Assembly: GCF_024223415.1 (NCBI RefSeq)
Contig: NZ_CP100500.1
Source of the DNA: Escherichia coli
GTDB lineage: Bacteria; Pseudomonadota; Gammaproteobacteria; Enterobacterales; Enterobacteriaceae
DNA length: 64,000 nucleotides
Strand: one strand, 5' to 3'
Shown here: piece after piece, positions 51,578-64,000 of the stretch
How positions within the stretch are numbered: the first letter of the stretch is position 1
Layout of the letters: each line of letters begins with the position of its first letter
The notes under the pieces: model-generated
The model's database searches: none
What the model was told of the DNA's origin: nothing
The model's input: only the letters and a program-made list of their open reading frames with translations
Position numbers and translations under genes: made by a program

Positions 51578-53515
51578 TCAAATGGGGCGGATACTTTCTT
51601 CATCCAGCTCCGCATCGAAAAACCGACGCAGGGTCTGAATATTATTATCCGCAATAATGGACTCGCGCGCCTGCGCAAGTTTTTCTTCGTATATCGCCTG
51701 ACGCCACTCCAGCGGCGTACGCACCGCGGGATTATCATCTTCAACGATAGTCAGTTCAACCGTTGAACCTTTTAACATGCTCAACGCTTCAGCCAGTTTT
51801 TGCTGTGCACCGCGGTTGTTCAAATGCCGCTGAGAGGAGCGCAAATGCAGACATACTGCGTTGTCGCTCTCCTCTTTCCAGGCATTTAACGCCACCTGTT
51901 CGACCAGTTTTGGTAGCGAAAGTTGGCTCACCTGTGCCGCCCACGGGTCGCGCTCAATGGCTTCTGCCGCTAGCTTCGCCGCCAGTTCCGGCGTTTTTTC
52001 ATGTTCCAGCGCTTTTTTCAGCGCCTTCGGCGTGGCGACCACTTCTTTTTGCTGTATCACCGGAGTGGTCGCCTTCCAGCGATACGCTTCTTTTTTGGCT
52101 GGCGCTTTTTCCAGCGCCGATGGCACCGGACGCGCCTGAACGCGATCGGTGACCGAAGCCAGTCTTTCCAGCGCAGCGTTATTCACCGGCCGCGCGCGGG
52201 TAGCGGCTGCCGGTTCACTCTTTTTTGCTTTGGTTGCTCCCTGCACGCGCTGCAACTGCTGGCGCGCCGCCAGCACCTGGCTGGTGGTTTCCGGGAGCGG
52301 TACAGTCGGTGCCTGCTGCGGCGCTGATTGCGGTTGCGGTTGCGGCGGCACCTGGGTTGGCGTCATTACTGCCGTTGGCGCGACGGGTGCAAAGGACTGG
52401 CGTGGCACTTCTGGCTCAGGCAGCGGCATACGCGGATGGAACGCCAGCGCGCGCAGCAGCGTCATCTCAACGCCCATGCGGCGGTCCGGCGCATACGGTA
52501 ATTCTTTGCGACCAATCAACAGCGTCTGATAGTAAAGCTGAATATCCGTCGGCGGTATGGTGCGCGCCAGTTCACGCATCCGCAGCTCGATGGCGGCCAT
52601 GTCGTTGCCAAGTGCAGCAGGCGAAAGTTGTACCATCGCAATACGATGCAACAGGCCGAGCATTTCCACCAGCAACGCTTCCCACTCGATACCACGGGCA
52701 GCGGCTTCATTAATCAGCGCCATTACGCGCTCGCCGTTGGCCTCGACCATCGCTTCAACCAGCGACAGCGCCTGATCGTCGTCAAGCGTACCCAGCATCG
52801 CACTGACCGCCTGGGTTGAAACCTGGCCGTCACCGCTGGCAATCGCCTGGTCGGTCAGACTTAAGGCATCTCGCAGGCTGCCTTCAGCGGCGCGCGCCAG
52901 CAATTGCAGCGCCCGCGGCTCGTGAGCGATATGTTCTTCATTGAGGATGTGCTCAAGTTGATGGCGAATTTGCTCGACATCCAGCGCCTTGAGATGAAAT
53001 TGCAAACAGCGCGACAAAATCGTCACCGGCAATTTCTGTGGATCGGTCGTCGCCAGCAGAAACTTAACGTGCTCCGGCGGCTCTTCAAGAGTTTTTAACA
53101 GTGCGTTAAAGCTGTGGCGCGACAGCATATGCACTTCGTCGATGAGATAAACTTTGAAACGACCACGCGCCGGAGCGTACTGGACGTTATCCAGCAGGTC
53201 GCGAGTGTCTTCAACTTTGGTGCGCGAGGCGGCGTCGATTTCAATCAGATCGACAAAGCGCCCCTGCTCGATTTCACGACAGTTATCGCACACGCCGCAC
53301 GGCGTCGCGGTAATGCCGGTTTCGCAGTTTAGCCCCTTCGCCAGCAGTCGGGCGATAGAGGTTTTTCCGACGCCACGGGTACCGGAAAAAAGATAAGCAT
53401 GATGAATACGCCCTAACGACAAGCCGTTCGCCAGTGCGGTCAGCACATGTTCCTGGCCGACGACGTCAGCAAAGGTTTGTGGGCGCCATTTTCGGGCTAA
53501 GACCTGATAACTCAT
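51578..53515 (-). CDS. dnaX: DNA polymerase III subunits tau/gamma
   Basis: AAA+ ATPase N-terminus (GTRGVGKTS); contains the A_AAA_AAG frameshift site. Confidence 0.95.
   Translation of the reverse strand: MSYQVLARKWRPQTFADVVGQEHVLTALANGLSLGRIHHAYLFSGTRGVGKTSIARLLAKGLNCETGITATPCGVCDNCREIEQGRFVDLIEIDAASRTKVEDTRDLLDNVQYAPARGRFKVYLIDEVHMLSRHSFNALLKTLEEPPEHVKFLLATTDPQKLPVTILSRCLQFHLKALDVEQIRHQLEHILNEEHIAHEPRALQLLARAAEGSLRDALSLTDQAIASGDGQVSTQAVSAMLGTLDDDQALSLVEAMVEANGERVMALINEAAARGIEWEALLVEMLGLLHRIAMVQLSPAALGNDMAAIELRMRELARTIPPTDIQLYYQTLLIGRKELPYAPDRRMGVEMTLLRALAFHPRMPLPEPEVPRQSFAPVAPTAVMTPTQVPPQPQPQSAPQQAPTVPLPETTSQVLAARQQLQRVQGATKAKKSEPAAATRARPVNNAALERLASVTDRVQARPVPSALEKAPAKKEAYRWKATTPVIQQKEVVATPKALKKALEHEKTPELAAKLAAEAIERDPWAAQVSQLSLPKLVEQVALNAWKEESDNAVCLHLRSSQRHLNNRGAQQKLAEALSMLKGSTVELTIVEDDNPAVRTPLEWRQAIYEEKLAQARESIIADNNIQTLRRFFDAELDEESIRPI
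52220..52226 (-). other. dnaX: dnaX programmed -1 ribosomal frameshift heptamer (A_AAA_AAG) producing gamma
   Basis: Plus-strand CTTTTTT at 52220-52226 corresponds to mRNA A AAA AAG at ...ATKAKKSEP... Confidence 0.7.
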
Positions 53516-53643
53516 TGGCAGGCTCTGAAACGCTGGAAGGTGGATTCACGAAGGGGTAATGCTAACACAGCCCCGTCAGAACGGCGAGGCTGAATGCACA
53601 TCTTGTGCTGTCCGTAGCGTGGGCAGCACAAGACTGGCGATAA

Positions 53644-54195
53644 TTAATGGCCCGGGAACGGGACAAGGCTGTAGCTGGTAATGCCCTGTTTTTCGAGACG
53701 CTGTTCGCCGCCGAGATCGAACAGGTTGATAATGAACGCAGCGTCAGCCACTTCACCACCCAGACGACGGATCAGTTTAACGGTCGCTTCGATAGTGCCG
53801 CCGGTTGCCAGCAGATCGTCCACCACCAGAACTTTGTCGCCCGGTTTGATGGCATCAACGTGGATCTCCAGCTGATCGGTGCCGTATTCCAGATCGTAAG
53901 TTTCACTGATAGTTTCACGCGGCAGTTTGCCCGGTTTACGGACCGGTACAAAGCCAACGCCCAGACCCAGAGCTACCGGAGCGCCAAACAAGAAGCCACG
54001 CGCTTCGGTGCCGACAACTTTGGTAATGCCCGCATTTTTGTAACGCTCAACCAGCAAGTCGATGCTGAGAGCGTAAGCTTTCGGGTCTTCCAGTAAGCTG
54101 GTGACATCGCGGAAAAGAATGCCGGGTTTTGGGTAGTCCTGAATGCTTTTGATGCTATTTTTGAGATACTCAAGCTGCTGTGCAGTCGCGGTCAT
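53644..54195 (-). CDS. apt: adenine phosphoribosyltransferase
   Basis: 183-aa ORF starting [30 protein letters not shown]. Confidence 0.9.
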
Positions 54196-54347
54196 AAGTG
54201 TATGCCTGCTTGTTACGGTGGTACTCACGGCGCGTTTTAAACGTATCAAAAGTAACAGTTGTTTAACCTTTGACCGCCTGCGCCTGTGCTCGAAAACGCC
54301 AGAATGTACTGGCTGTACGCAATAATTGCAACTGCGATTGTTGTGCT

Positions 54348-54725
54348 TCAGTGCTTTTCTTGCTTTTCATCAATCACCGGAATTCGCCACATATAGAAAA
54401 GCAAACAGGCGAGAATTACCAGCAACATGATGCGCACCCATGGCATCTGGACGAACCACAGAGAAATGGCAAACGTGAGCAAAATAAGCAAAATCGCCCG
54501 CGGTTTGACGCCGCGCGGCATCGCATGATGTTTCTGCCAGAAACGTAGATAGCTGCCAAACCATGAGCGGTACAGCAACCAGGCGTGAAAGCGCGGGGAA
54601 GAACGGGCAAAGCACCAGGCCGCTAGCAGGATAAACGGCGTCGTCGGTAATACCGGTAATACCACGCCCAGCGTACCCAGCACTACCGCCAGCCAGCCAA
54701 TGATGATTAAAATGATTCGTTGCAT
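54348..54725 (-). CDS. ybaN: DUF454 inner membrane protein
   Basis: 125-aa hydrophobic ORF in K-12 synteny. Confidence 0.8.
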
Positions 54726-54794
54726 ATTGAGTGTTGTCAGCTTACAGAGTGGCTACTTTAGCATAACAATTATCATTTTCATTGAGGTCTTATC

Positions 54795-55322
54795 GTGAAA
54801 ACCGCCCTGCTGCTGGAAAAACTGGAAGGACAGCTCGCCACGCTGCGCCAGCGTTGTGCCCCGGTGTCACAGTTCGCCACGCTAAGTGCTCGTTTCGACA
54901 GGCATCTTTTTCAGACTCGTGCGACAACACTACAGGCTTGTCTCGACGAGGCGGGCGATAATCTGGCTGCGCTTCGTCATGCAGTTGAGCAGCAACAGCT
55001 GCCGCAAGTGGCCTGGCTGGCGGAACATCTGGCGGCACAACTGGAGGCTATAGCGCGTGAAGCCACAGCCTGGTCGCTACGCGAGTGGGATAGCGCACCA
55101 CCCAAAATTGCCCGCTGGCAGCGTAAACGTATTCAGCATCAGGATTTTGAGCGGCGGCTACGTGAGATGGTTGCCGAACGCAGAGCCCGCCTGGCGCAGG
55201 TAACCGATCTCGTGGAACAGCAAACGCTGCATCGTGAAGTGGAAGCCTATGAAGCGCGCCTGGCACGCTGCCGCCATGCGCTGGAAAAAATCGAAAACAG
55301 GTTAGCGCGTTTAACCCGCTAG
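54795..55322 (+). CDS. priC: primosomal replication protein N''
   Basis: 175-aa ORF in K-12 synteny. Confidence 0.85.
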   Translation: MKTALLLEKLEGQLATLRQRCAPVSQFATLSARFDRHLFQTRATTLQACLDEAGDNLAALRHAVEQQQLPQVAWLAEHLAAQLEAIAREATAWSLREWDSAPPKIARWQRKRIQHQDFERRLREMVAERRARLAQVTDLVEQQTLHREVEAYEARLARCRHALEKIENRLARLTR

Positions 55323-55335
55323 CAATGGAGAGAGT

Positions 55336-55497
55336 ATGTCACTGGAAAATGCCCCCGACGATGTCAAACTGGCCGTCGATTTAATTGTGCTGCTGGAAGA
55401 AAATCAGATCCCAGCCCGCACCGTGCTGCGCGCGCTGGATATTGTAAAGCGTGATTATGAAAAGAAATTAACGCGCGATGATGAGGCGGAAAAGTGA
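55336..55497 (+). CDS. ybaM: DUF2496 small protein (53 aa)
   Basis: Short [40 protein letters not shown]... directly after priC. Confidence 0.7.
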   Translation: MSLENAPDDVKLAVDLIVLLEENQIPARTVLRALDIVKRDYEKKLTRDDEAEK

Positions 55498-55549
55498 GAA
55501 ATAAATGGGGTGGCTAAATGTCCCCTAAGGTTGCGGGCAAACGCAAAAC

Positions 55550-55655
55550 TGCCTGATGCGCTACGCTTATCAGGCCTACACCGATCCTGCAATATATTGA
55601 ATTTTTGCGGTTTCGTAGGCCGGATAAGGCGGTCACGCCGCATCCGGCATGAACA
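55550..55655. repeat. REP (BIME) element
   Basis: GCCTGATGCG...GTAGGCCGGATAAGGCGGTCACGCCGCATCCGGCA. Confidence 0.55.
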
Positions 55656-55708
55656 ACGCGCACTTTGTTAGCAATCTCGGGGCAACAAAATGTCGCCCCC
55701 TTTCGTTA

Positions 55709-58700
55709 TTACCCTACCGCTGGCGTCGGGTCGTCGCCTTTGTAGTCGCGTTTTACTTCCGTCACCTCATCGCCCTTCTCGTTGTGCAGATGCACTTCAA
55801 GCTGGTTAAAGGCAATGTTGATGTCGTTTTCACGGCACAGCTGATCGATAGTACGGTTCAGCTCATCGACAGTACGGCTACGGTCACGCAGTTCACGCAC
55901 ATACAGACGCAGCTCATGATCCAACGTGCTGGCACCAAATGCCGTAAAGAAGACTTCCGGCATTGGTTCGTGCATCACCCTTGGGTGCTCAGTCGCCGCC
56001 TTCAGTAACACTTTACGCACTTTTTCCAGATCGGAGCCATAGGCCACGCCGAGACGGATCACCAGACGCGTAGTAGTGTCAGTCAACGACCAGTTGATCA
56101 GACGCTCGGTAACAAACGCTTTGTTCGGGATGATCACTTCTTTGCGATCGAAATCGGTAATCGTTGTCGCACGAATACGGATCTTACTTACCGTCCCCGA
56201 GAAGCTACCAATGGTTACCGTATCGCCAATACGCACCGGACGTTCGAATAGAATGATCAAACCGGAGACGAAGTTACCGAAAATTTCTTGTAAACCAAAA
56301 CCAAGACCTACGGATAATGCTGCTGCCAGCCACTGGAGTTTATCCCAAGAGACGCCCAGCGATCCGAACACCGTCATCGCACCAACAGCAATAATGATGT
56401 AGTTAAGGATGGTAGTAATGGCATACGACGCGCCCTGGCGCATATTCAGTCGCGAGAGCACCAGCACTTCTAGTAAACCAGGCAGGTTGCGAATCAACGC
56501 CCAGGCCACCATTGAGGCGATAATCGCAAACAACAGACTGCCCATGGTGACGTTTTTCACCACCGCAGCGCCAGCTTCAGTGCCGTTGTAATGCCAGAGC
56601 GTGATGCTGTCGAGATAGCTGAACACGGTGATCAAATCGGACCAAATTGCCCAGAACATGACACCGAACAGCGCAAACATCAGCAACATGGTAATACGCA
56701 GCGTCTGCTGGTTAACCTGTTCCAGTGCAATGGTGGGTTCTTCCGGCGGTTCGGCACCTTCTGCGCCCTCTTTCACCAGATTCTGCCGACGCGCCAGCGC
56801 ACGACGCCAGGCGATACGCCGCGCCGCTACGCTTAAGCCGCGCAATACCGTCTGGTAGAGCAAGTTCCAGATGATCACCAGATAAACGGTTTCAATCCAA
56901 CGCCCGGAGAGGCGCAGCGTGGTGTAGAAATAACCCGTGGCAGTCAGCACCATCAATGCAATCGGGATAATCGACAGCACGGTAATGGTGACCAGTCGCA
57001 TGGTGTGCGACTCTTTATCACGCCAGCTTTCGCGGCACATTGGCCATACCAGGAAGGCAATCAGCAGCAGGTTGAAGAAAATCATCGCCTGCCCCAGCAC
57101 ATCATCCATCAGATGCAGCGGGGAAAGTTCTGCCACCACAGACCAGAAATGGATAGGCAGCAACGCGAGACTGATGCGGACAATTTGCCGACGCCAGTGG
57201 CTGGTCTGCTGCTCCGGCATGCCGAAGTGACGCACGGCAACGCCATTTTTCTCCAGTACCTTCCAGCACAGGCCAAACACCAGCCAGAAAATCGCCAGTT
57301 TTTTACTGAACGACCATAGCAGTTCGCTGATGTTGAGCTGCATGGTCAACAGAATCAGGCCAACCGCGAGAATAATCAGGCACACCGGCAGTGCACGGAT
57401 CAGGTCGATAAGGATCGCTTTTGGTGTGTTGAGCTGGCTGTCGTTACGCAGGGAACCCACAGCGGAAGCCAGTTTTTGTTGATACGCTTTCAGCCACCCC
57501 AGACGCCAGTGGATCAGCCCGGCAATCAACAGCAGCGGCAAACCAGCGAGGAAAGCGATAAAAACGGCGGGCCAGGCTTTTTCCCAGTTCACCGTAATTT
57601 TCATCGACTTAAATTCATCTTTCAGGCTTTGCGGGAACGCTTTGATCCAGTCCCAGTCCATTGGACGGTTACTGTTCACCCAAAAGATTTGCTGAGTCAG
57701 GATGGATTTCAGGTTTTTCGACACACTCATTAACTGCTGCTGGTTGATTTGCAGGTTAATGGCCATCATCAGCTGGTTACCCAACTGTTTGTTGAGTTGA
57801 TCCAGCAATTCGCGACGCATATCAACCACTTGCAATAACGCATCGTGAACTTCGCTGTTGACTTCGTTGGTGTGACCTTCTTCCAGTTTGTTGACGAACG
57901 CATCGCTCTGGAAGAGTGCATCACGCTGCTGGTTAACTTCAAACTGTTCGAGACGCAAATCCGCGATGCGGTTGGTCATGTTTTCCAGTTCATCCGCCGA
58001 GGGCAGCGTTTGTTGTTGCTGGTAAAGGATACGAGACAACAGCAGGCTGCCCTTCAGGACGGCAATCTGCTCTTTAATATTGCGTTCCGATTGCAGCGCC
58101 CGCTCCAGCCAGTTTTTGACTTTAATGTTTTGCTGCATCAACTGATTACCGTTTTCAGTCGCGGTAATCAGACGCTGACTTAACTGCTGGTTAATTTCCA
58201 GTTCCTGCTTCACCAGCGGATTAGCCTGAATACGCGCGGCTTCATCCGGGGAGACGGCTTCCTGCGCCGTTTTTTCGGTTAAAGTCAGGCGCTTGCTGTT
58301 TACCGCTTCTTGCAACAGTTGCAACTGGTGCTCCAGACGGGCGCTGTTCGCCGTCACGTAATCACGTTGCTTTTGCAAGGTATCCTGCAAGACGGTATTC
58401 CCTTCCAGGCTTTTACGCTGCTGGTCAATCTCCGCATTCAGCAACGCCTGCTGAGCCTGCATTAACACTTTCTGGCTGGGACGTAAGGCAGTCTCGCCGA
58501 CATCAGTCCCATCCAGACGACTGCGAATTTGTTGCAGCTGCTGCGAAGCGTTATACATCGCATTTTGCACGCGTTCGGGCTGCGTCTGTAACGAAACCAG
58601 CTGGCTGTTATAAGACGCCAGATCGTTTTGTGCGTTTTGCAAATCGTCCAGCGCCTGGGCAACGCGAGTTTCCAGCTGGCGCAACGAAAGCGTGCTCAGA

Positions 58701-59071
58701 ATTTTGCGCGTTTCTTCGTCGTTATCGACATCGCTAAGTGCTGTTAACGCCGCGGTCGCCTGGCGCATTTTTTCCGGCGCTTCAGCGACTTTTTGCCGTA
58801 GCTGAACGGTCTCTTCTTTTACGCGATCGATTTTATCGAGGGTGGCTAATGTATCTGTCAGATCCTGCTGCACCAGTTTGTCCTGAGCAGAAAGATCTTT
58901 TTGTTTATTTAATGAGTCAAGTTGCGCCTGCAGGTCCGCTTTTGTCGGCAGATCACCATTCGATGACGCCCGCGCAAACGCCGTGTTCTGGCATAACAAG
59001 ACAAAAACAAAAGCAATAAATGCTGAAAAAACAAAATGCCGTGATCGTTTGTAATACTGGAACATAGTCAT
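55709..59071 (-). CDS. mscK: mechanosensitive channel MscK (KefA)
   Basis: 1120-aa ORF with signal peptide, long coiled-coil periplasmic region and C-terminal MscS-like domain. Confidence 0.9.
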   Translation of the reverse strand: MTMFQYYKRSRHFVFSAFIAFVFVLLCQNTAFARASSNGDLPTKADLQAQLDSLNKQKDLSAQDKLVQQDLTDTLATLDKIDRVKEETVQLRQKVAEAPEKMRQATAALTALSDVDNDEETRKILSTLSLRQLETRVAQALDDLQNAQNDLASYNSQLVSLQTQPERVQNAMYNASQQLQQIRSRLDGTDVGETALRPSQKVLMQAQQALLNAEIDQQRKSLEGNTVLQDTLQKQRDYVTANSARLEHQLQLLQEAVNSKRLTLTEKTAQEAVSPDEAARIQANPLVKQELEINQQLSQRLITATENGNQLMQQNIKVKNWLERALQSERNIKEQIAVLKGSLLLSRILYQQQQTLPSADELENMTNRIADLRLEQFEVNQQRDALFQSDAFVNKLEEGHTNEVNSEVHDALLQVVDMRRELLDQLNKQLGNQLMMAINLQINQQQLMSVSKNLKSILTQQIFWVNSNRPMDWDWIKAFPQSLKDEFKSMKITVNWEKAWPAVFIAFLAGLPLLLIAGLIHWRLGWLKAYQQKLASAVGSLRNDSQLNTPKAILIDLIRALPVCLIILAVGLILLTMQLNISELLWSFSKKLAIFWLVFGLCWKVLEKNGVAVRHFGMPEQQTSHWRRQIVRISLALLPIHFWSVVAELSPLHLMDDVLGQAMIFFNLLLIAFLVWPMCRESWRDKESHTMRLVTITVLSIIPIALMVLTATGYFYTTLRLSGRWIETVYLVIIWNLLYQTVLRGLSVAARRIAWRRALARRQNLVKEGAEGAEPPEEPTIALEQVNQQTLRITMLLMFALFGVMFWAIWSDLITVFSYLDSITLWHYNGTEAGAAVVKNVTMGSLLFAIIASMVAWALIRNLPGLLEVLVLSRLNMRQGASYAITTILNYIIIAVGAMTVFGSLGVSWDKLQWLAAALSVGLGFGLQEIFGNFVSGLIILFERPVRIGDTVTIGSFSGTVSKIRIRATTITDFDRKEVIIPNKAFVTERLINWSLTDTTTRLVIRLGVAYGSDLEKVRKVLLKAATEHPRVMHEPMPEVFFTAFGASTLDHELRLYVRELRDRSRTVDELNRTIDQLCRENDINIAFNQLEVHLHNEKGDEVTEVKRDYKGDDPTPAVG

Positions 59072-59198
59072 GATGAATGAAGGTTTCTGAACCTGAAGAA
59101 CGACCTGAAAAAGTCAAACCGCAAGAATATCACGACGCAGTGAACCAGAATAGCAACGACGAAAATGTCCAGGAAAAATCCTGGAGTCAGATTCAGGG

Positions 59199-59846
59199 TT
59201 ATTCGTTAGTGGCAGGATTACGAAGCGTGGGGCACAGGAGATACATCTCCAGTAAGATGGCAACGTAATCGCGGGCTTCTTTTTTAAGATCAAAAGATTG
59301 CGGGGCAAAGAGCCAGTTTTCCATCAGGCCGGAAATATAGCCGCGCATAATAATTGCTGCGCGACGCGTCATTAAATCCGCAGGCAACATTTTCGCTTCA
59401 ATACAATGTTTTAACGTTTGTTCTATACGGTCATAACTTTCCAGACAGAGATTACGTTGTGCCTGTTGCACAACAGCCATTTCTCCGACAAATTCGCATT
59501 TGTGGAATATAATCTCCATCAATAATCGACGCCGTTCTTCTGTCACCGTGGATTCAAGAACATGAATTAATATCTCTCTTAATACTGAGAGTGGATCGCC
59601 AGGGAATTTTGCCTGATACTCAAGCTCTAGTTCACCAATATTGGATTCTGACAGTTCCCAGATCTCACTGAACAAATCCGACTTATCTTTAAAATGCCAG
59701 TAGATTGCACCGCGCGTAACGCCAGCTGCTTTTGCAATCTCGCCCAGCGAGGTGGATGATACCCCCTGCTGTGAGAAAAGACGTAGAGCCACATCGAGGA
59801 TGTGTTGGCGCGTTTCTTGCGCTTCTTGTTTGGTTTTTCGTGCCAT
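59199..59846 (-). CDS. acrR: TetR-family repressor of acrAB
   Basis: 215-aa ORF with N-terminal TetR HTH; divergent from acrA. Confidence 0.9.
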
Positions 59847-59987
59847 ATGTTCGTGAATTTACAGGCGTTAGATTTACATACATTTGTGAATGTATGTACC
59901 ATAGCACGACGATAATATAAACGCAGCAATGGGTTTATTAACTTTTGACCATTGACCAATTTGAAATCGGACACTCGAGGTTTACAT

Positions 59988-61181
59988 ATGAACAAAAACA
60001 GAGGGTTTACGCCTCTGGCGGTCGTTCTGATGCTCTCAGGCAGCTTAGCCCTAACAGGATGTGACGACAAACAGGCCCAACAAGGTGGCCAGCAGATGCC
60101 CGCCGTTGGCGTAGTAACAGTCAAAACTGAACCTCTGCAGATCACAACCGAGCTTCCGGGTCGCACCAGTGCCTACCGGATCGCAGAAGTTCGTCCTCAA
60201 GTTAGCGGGATTATCCTGAAGCGTAATTTCAAAGAAGGTAGCGACATCGAAGCAGGTGTCTCTCTCTATCAGATTGATCCTGCGACCTATCAGGCGACAT
60301 ACGACAGTGCGAAAGGTGATCTGGCGAAAGCCCAGGCTGCAGCCAATATCGCGCAATTGACGGTGAATCGTTATCAGAAACTGCTCGGTACTCAGTACAT
60401 CAGTAAGCAAGAGTACGATCAGGCTCTGGCTGATGCGCAACAGGCGAATGCTGCGGTAACTGCGGCGAAAGCTGCTGTTGAAACTGCGCGGATCAATCTG
60501 GCTTACACCAAAGTCACCTCTCCGATTAGCGGTCGCATTGGTAAGTCGAACGTGACGGAAGGCGCATTGGTACAGAACGGTCAGGCGACTGCGCTGGCAA
60601 CCGTGCAGCAACTTGATCCGATCTACGTTGATGTGACCCAGTCCAGCAACGACTTCCTGCGCCTGAAACAGGAACTGGCGAATGGCACGCTGAAACAAGA
60701 GAACGGCAAAGCCAAAGTGTCGCTGATCACCAGTGACGGCATTAAGTTCCCGCAGGACGGTACGCTGGAATTCTCTGACGTTACCGTTGATCAGACCACT
60801 GGGTCTATCACACTACGCGCTATCTTCCCGAACCCGGATCACACTCTGCTGCCGGGTATGTTCGTGCGCGCACGTCTGGAAGAAGGGCTTAATCCAAACG
60901 CTATTTTAGTCCCGCAACAGGGCGTAACCCGTACGCCGCGTGGCGATGCCACCGTACTGGTAGTTGGCGCGGATGACAAAGTGGAAACCCGTCCGATCGT
61001 TGCAAGCCAGGCTATTGGCGATAAGTGGCTGGTGACAGAAGGTCTGAAAGCAGGCGATCGCGTAGTAATAAGTGGGCTGCAGAAAGTGCGTCCTGGTGTC
61101 CAGGTAAAAGCACAAGAAGTTACCGCTGATAATAACCAGCAAGCCGCAAGCGGTGCTCAGCCTGAACAGTCCAAGTCTTAA
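59988..61181 (+). CDS. acrA: multidrug efflux periplasmic adaptor subunit
   Basis: Starts MNKNRGFTPLAVVLMLSGSLALTGC (lipobox); 397 aa. Confidence 0.9.
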   Translation: MNKNRGFTPLAVVLMLSGSLALTGCDDKQAQQGGQQMPAVGVVTVKTEPLQITTELPGRTSAYRIAEVRPQVSGIILKRNFKEGSDIEAGVSLYQIDPATYQATYDSAKGDLAKAQAAANIAQLTVNRYQKLLGTQYISKQEYDQALADAQQANAAVTAAKAAVETARINLAYTKVTSPISGRIGKSNVTEGALVQNGQATALATVQQLDPIYVDVTQSSNDFLRLKQELANGTLKQENGKAKVSLITSDGIKFPQDGTLEFSDVTVDQTTGSITLRAIFPNPDHTLLPGMFVRARLEEGLNPNAILVPQQGVTRTPRGDATVLVVGADDKVETRPIVASQAIGDKWLVTEGLKAGDRVVISGLQKVRPGVQVKAQEVTADNNQQAASGAQPEQSKS

Positions 61182-61200
61182 CTTAAACAGGAGCCGTTAA

Positions 61201-64000
<2,800 letters not shown>

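Overview
The window is an Escherichia coli-type chromosomal segment in two parts. Positions 1 to about 32.4 kb are the right-hand ~32 kb of a P2/186-family (Peduovirus-like) prophage: early genes, rolling-circle replication gene A, an accessory cargo island, then portal, terminase, capsid, lysis, baseplate, tail-fibre and tail genes, ending with the Ogr zinc-finger late activator. The integrase/repressor end lies outside the window. From about 32.8 kb onward it is conserved core chromosome in K-12 order, recognised from the translated proteins: copA (with its CueR-controlled promoter), an IS3-family insertion inside a REP element, ybaQ, ybaP, the ChiX sRNA, ybaK, ushA, fsr, ybaL, gsk, aes, hemH, adk, htpG, recR, ybaB, dnaX, apt, ybaN, priC, ybaM, mscK, acrR, acrA and the 5' part of acrB. 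The best candidate for an undescribed system is the cargo island between gene A and portal Q (about 6.6-9.4 kb), the position where P2 carries tin/old and which is a known anti-phage hotspot. It holds a translationally coupled two-gene operon I cannot assign to any family, a convergent RelE/ParE-type toxin with an XRE-HTH partner, and an orphan ORF behind a long structured leader. Other unusual points are an apparent inversion of the FI-FII-E-T-U tail module relative to P2 gene order, near-perfect 300-bp tandem repeats in tail-fibre gene H, a long Pro/Val-repeat tail in the tape-measure protein, and four promoter-plus-terminator modules between ogr and copA. All calls rest on reading the sequence and recalled family knowledge; no searches were run.
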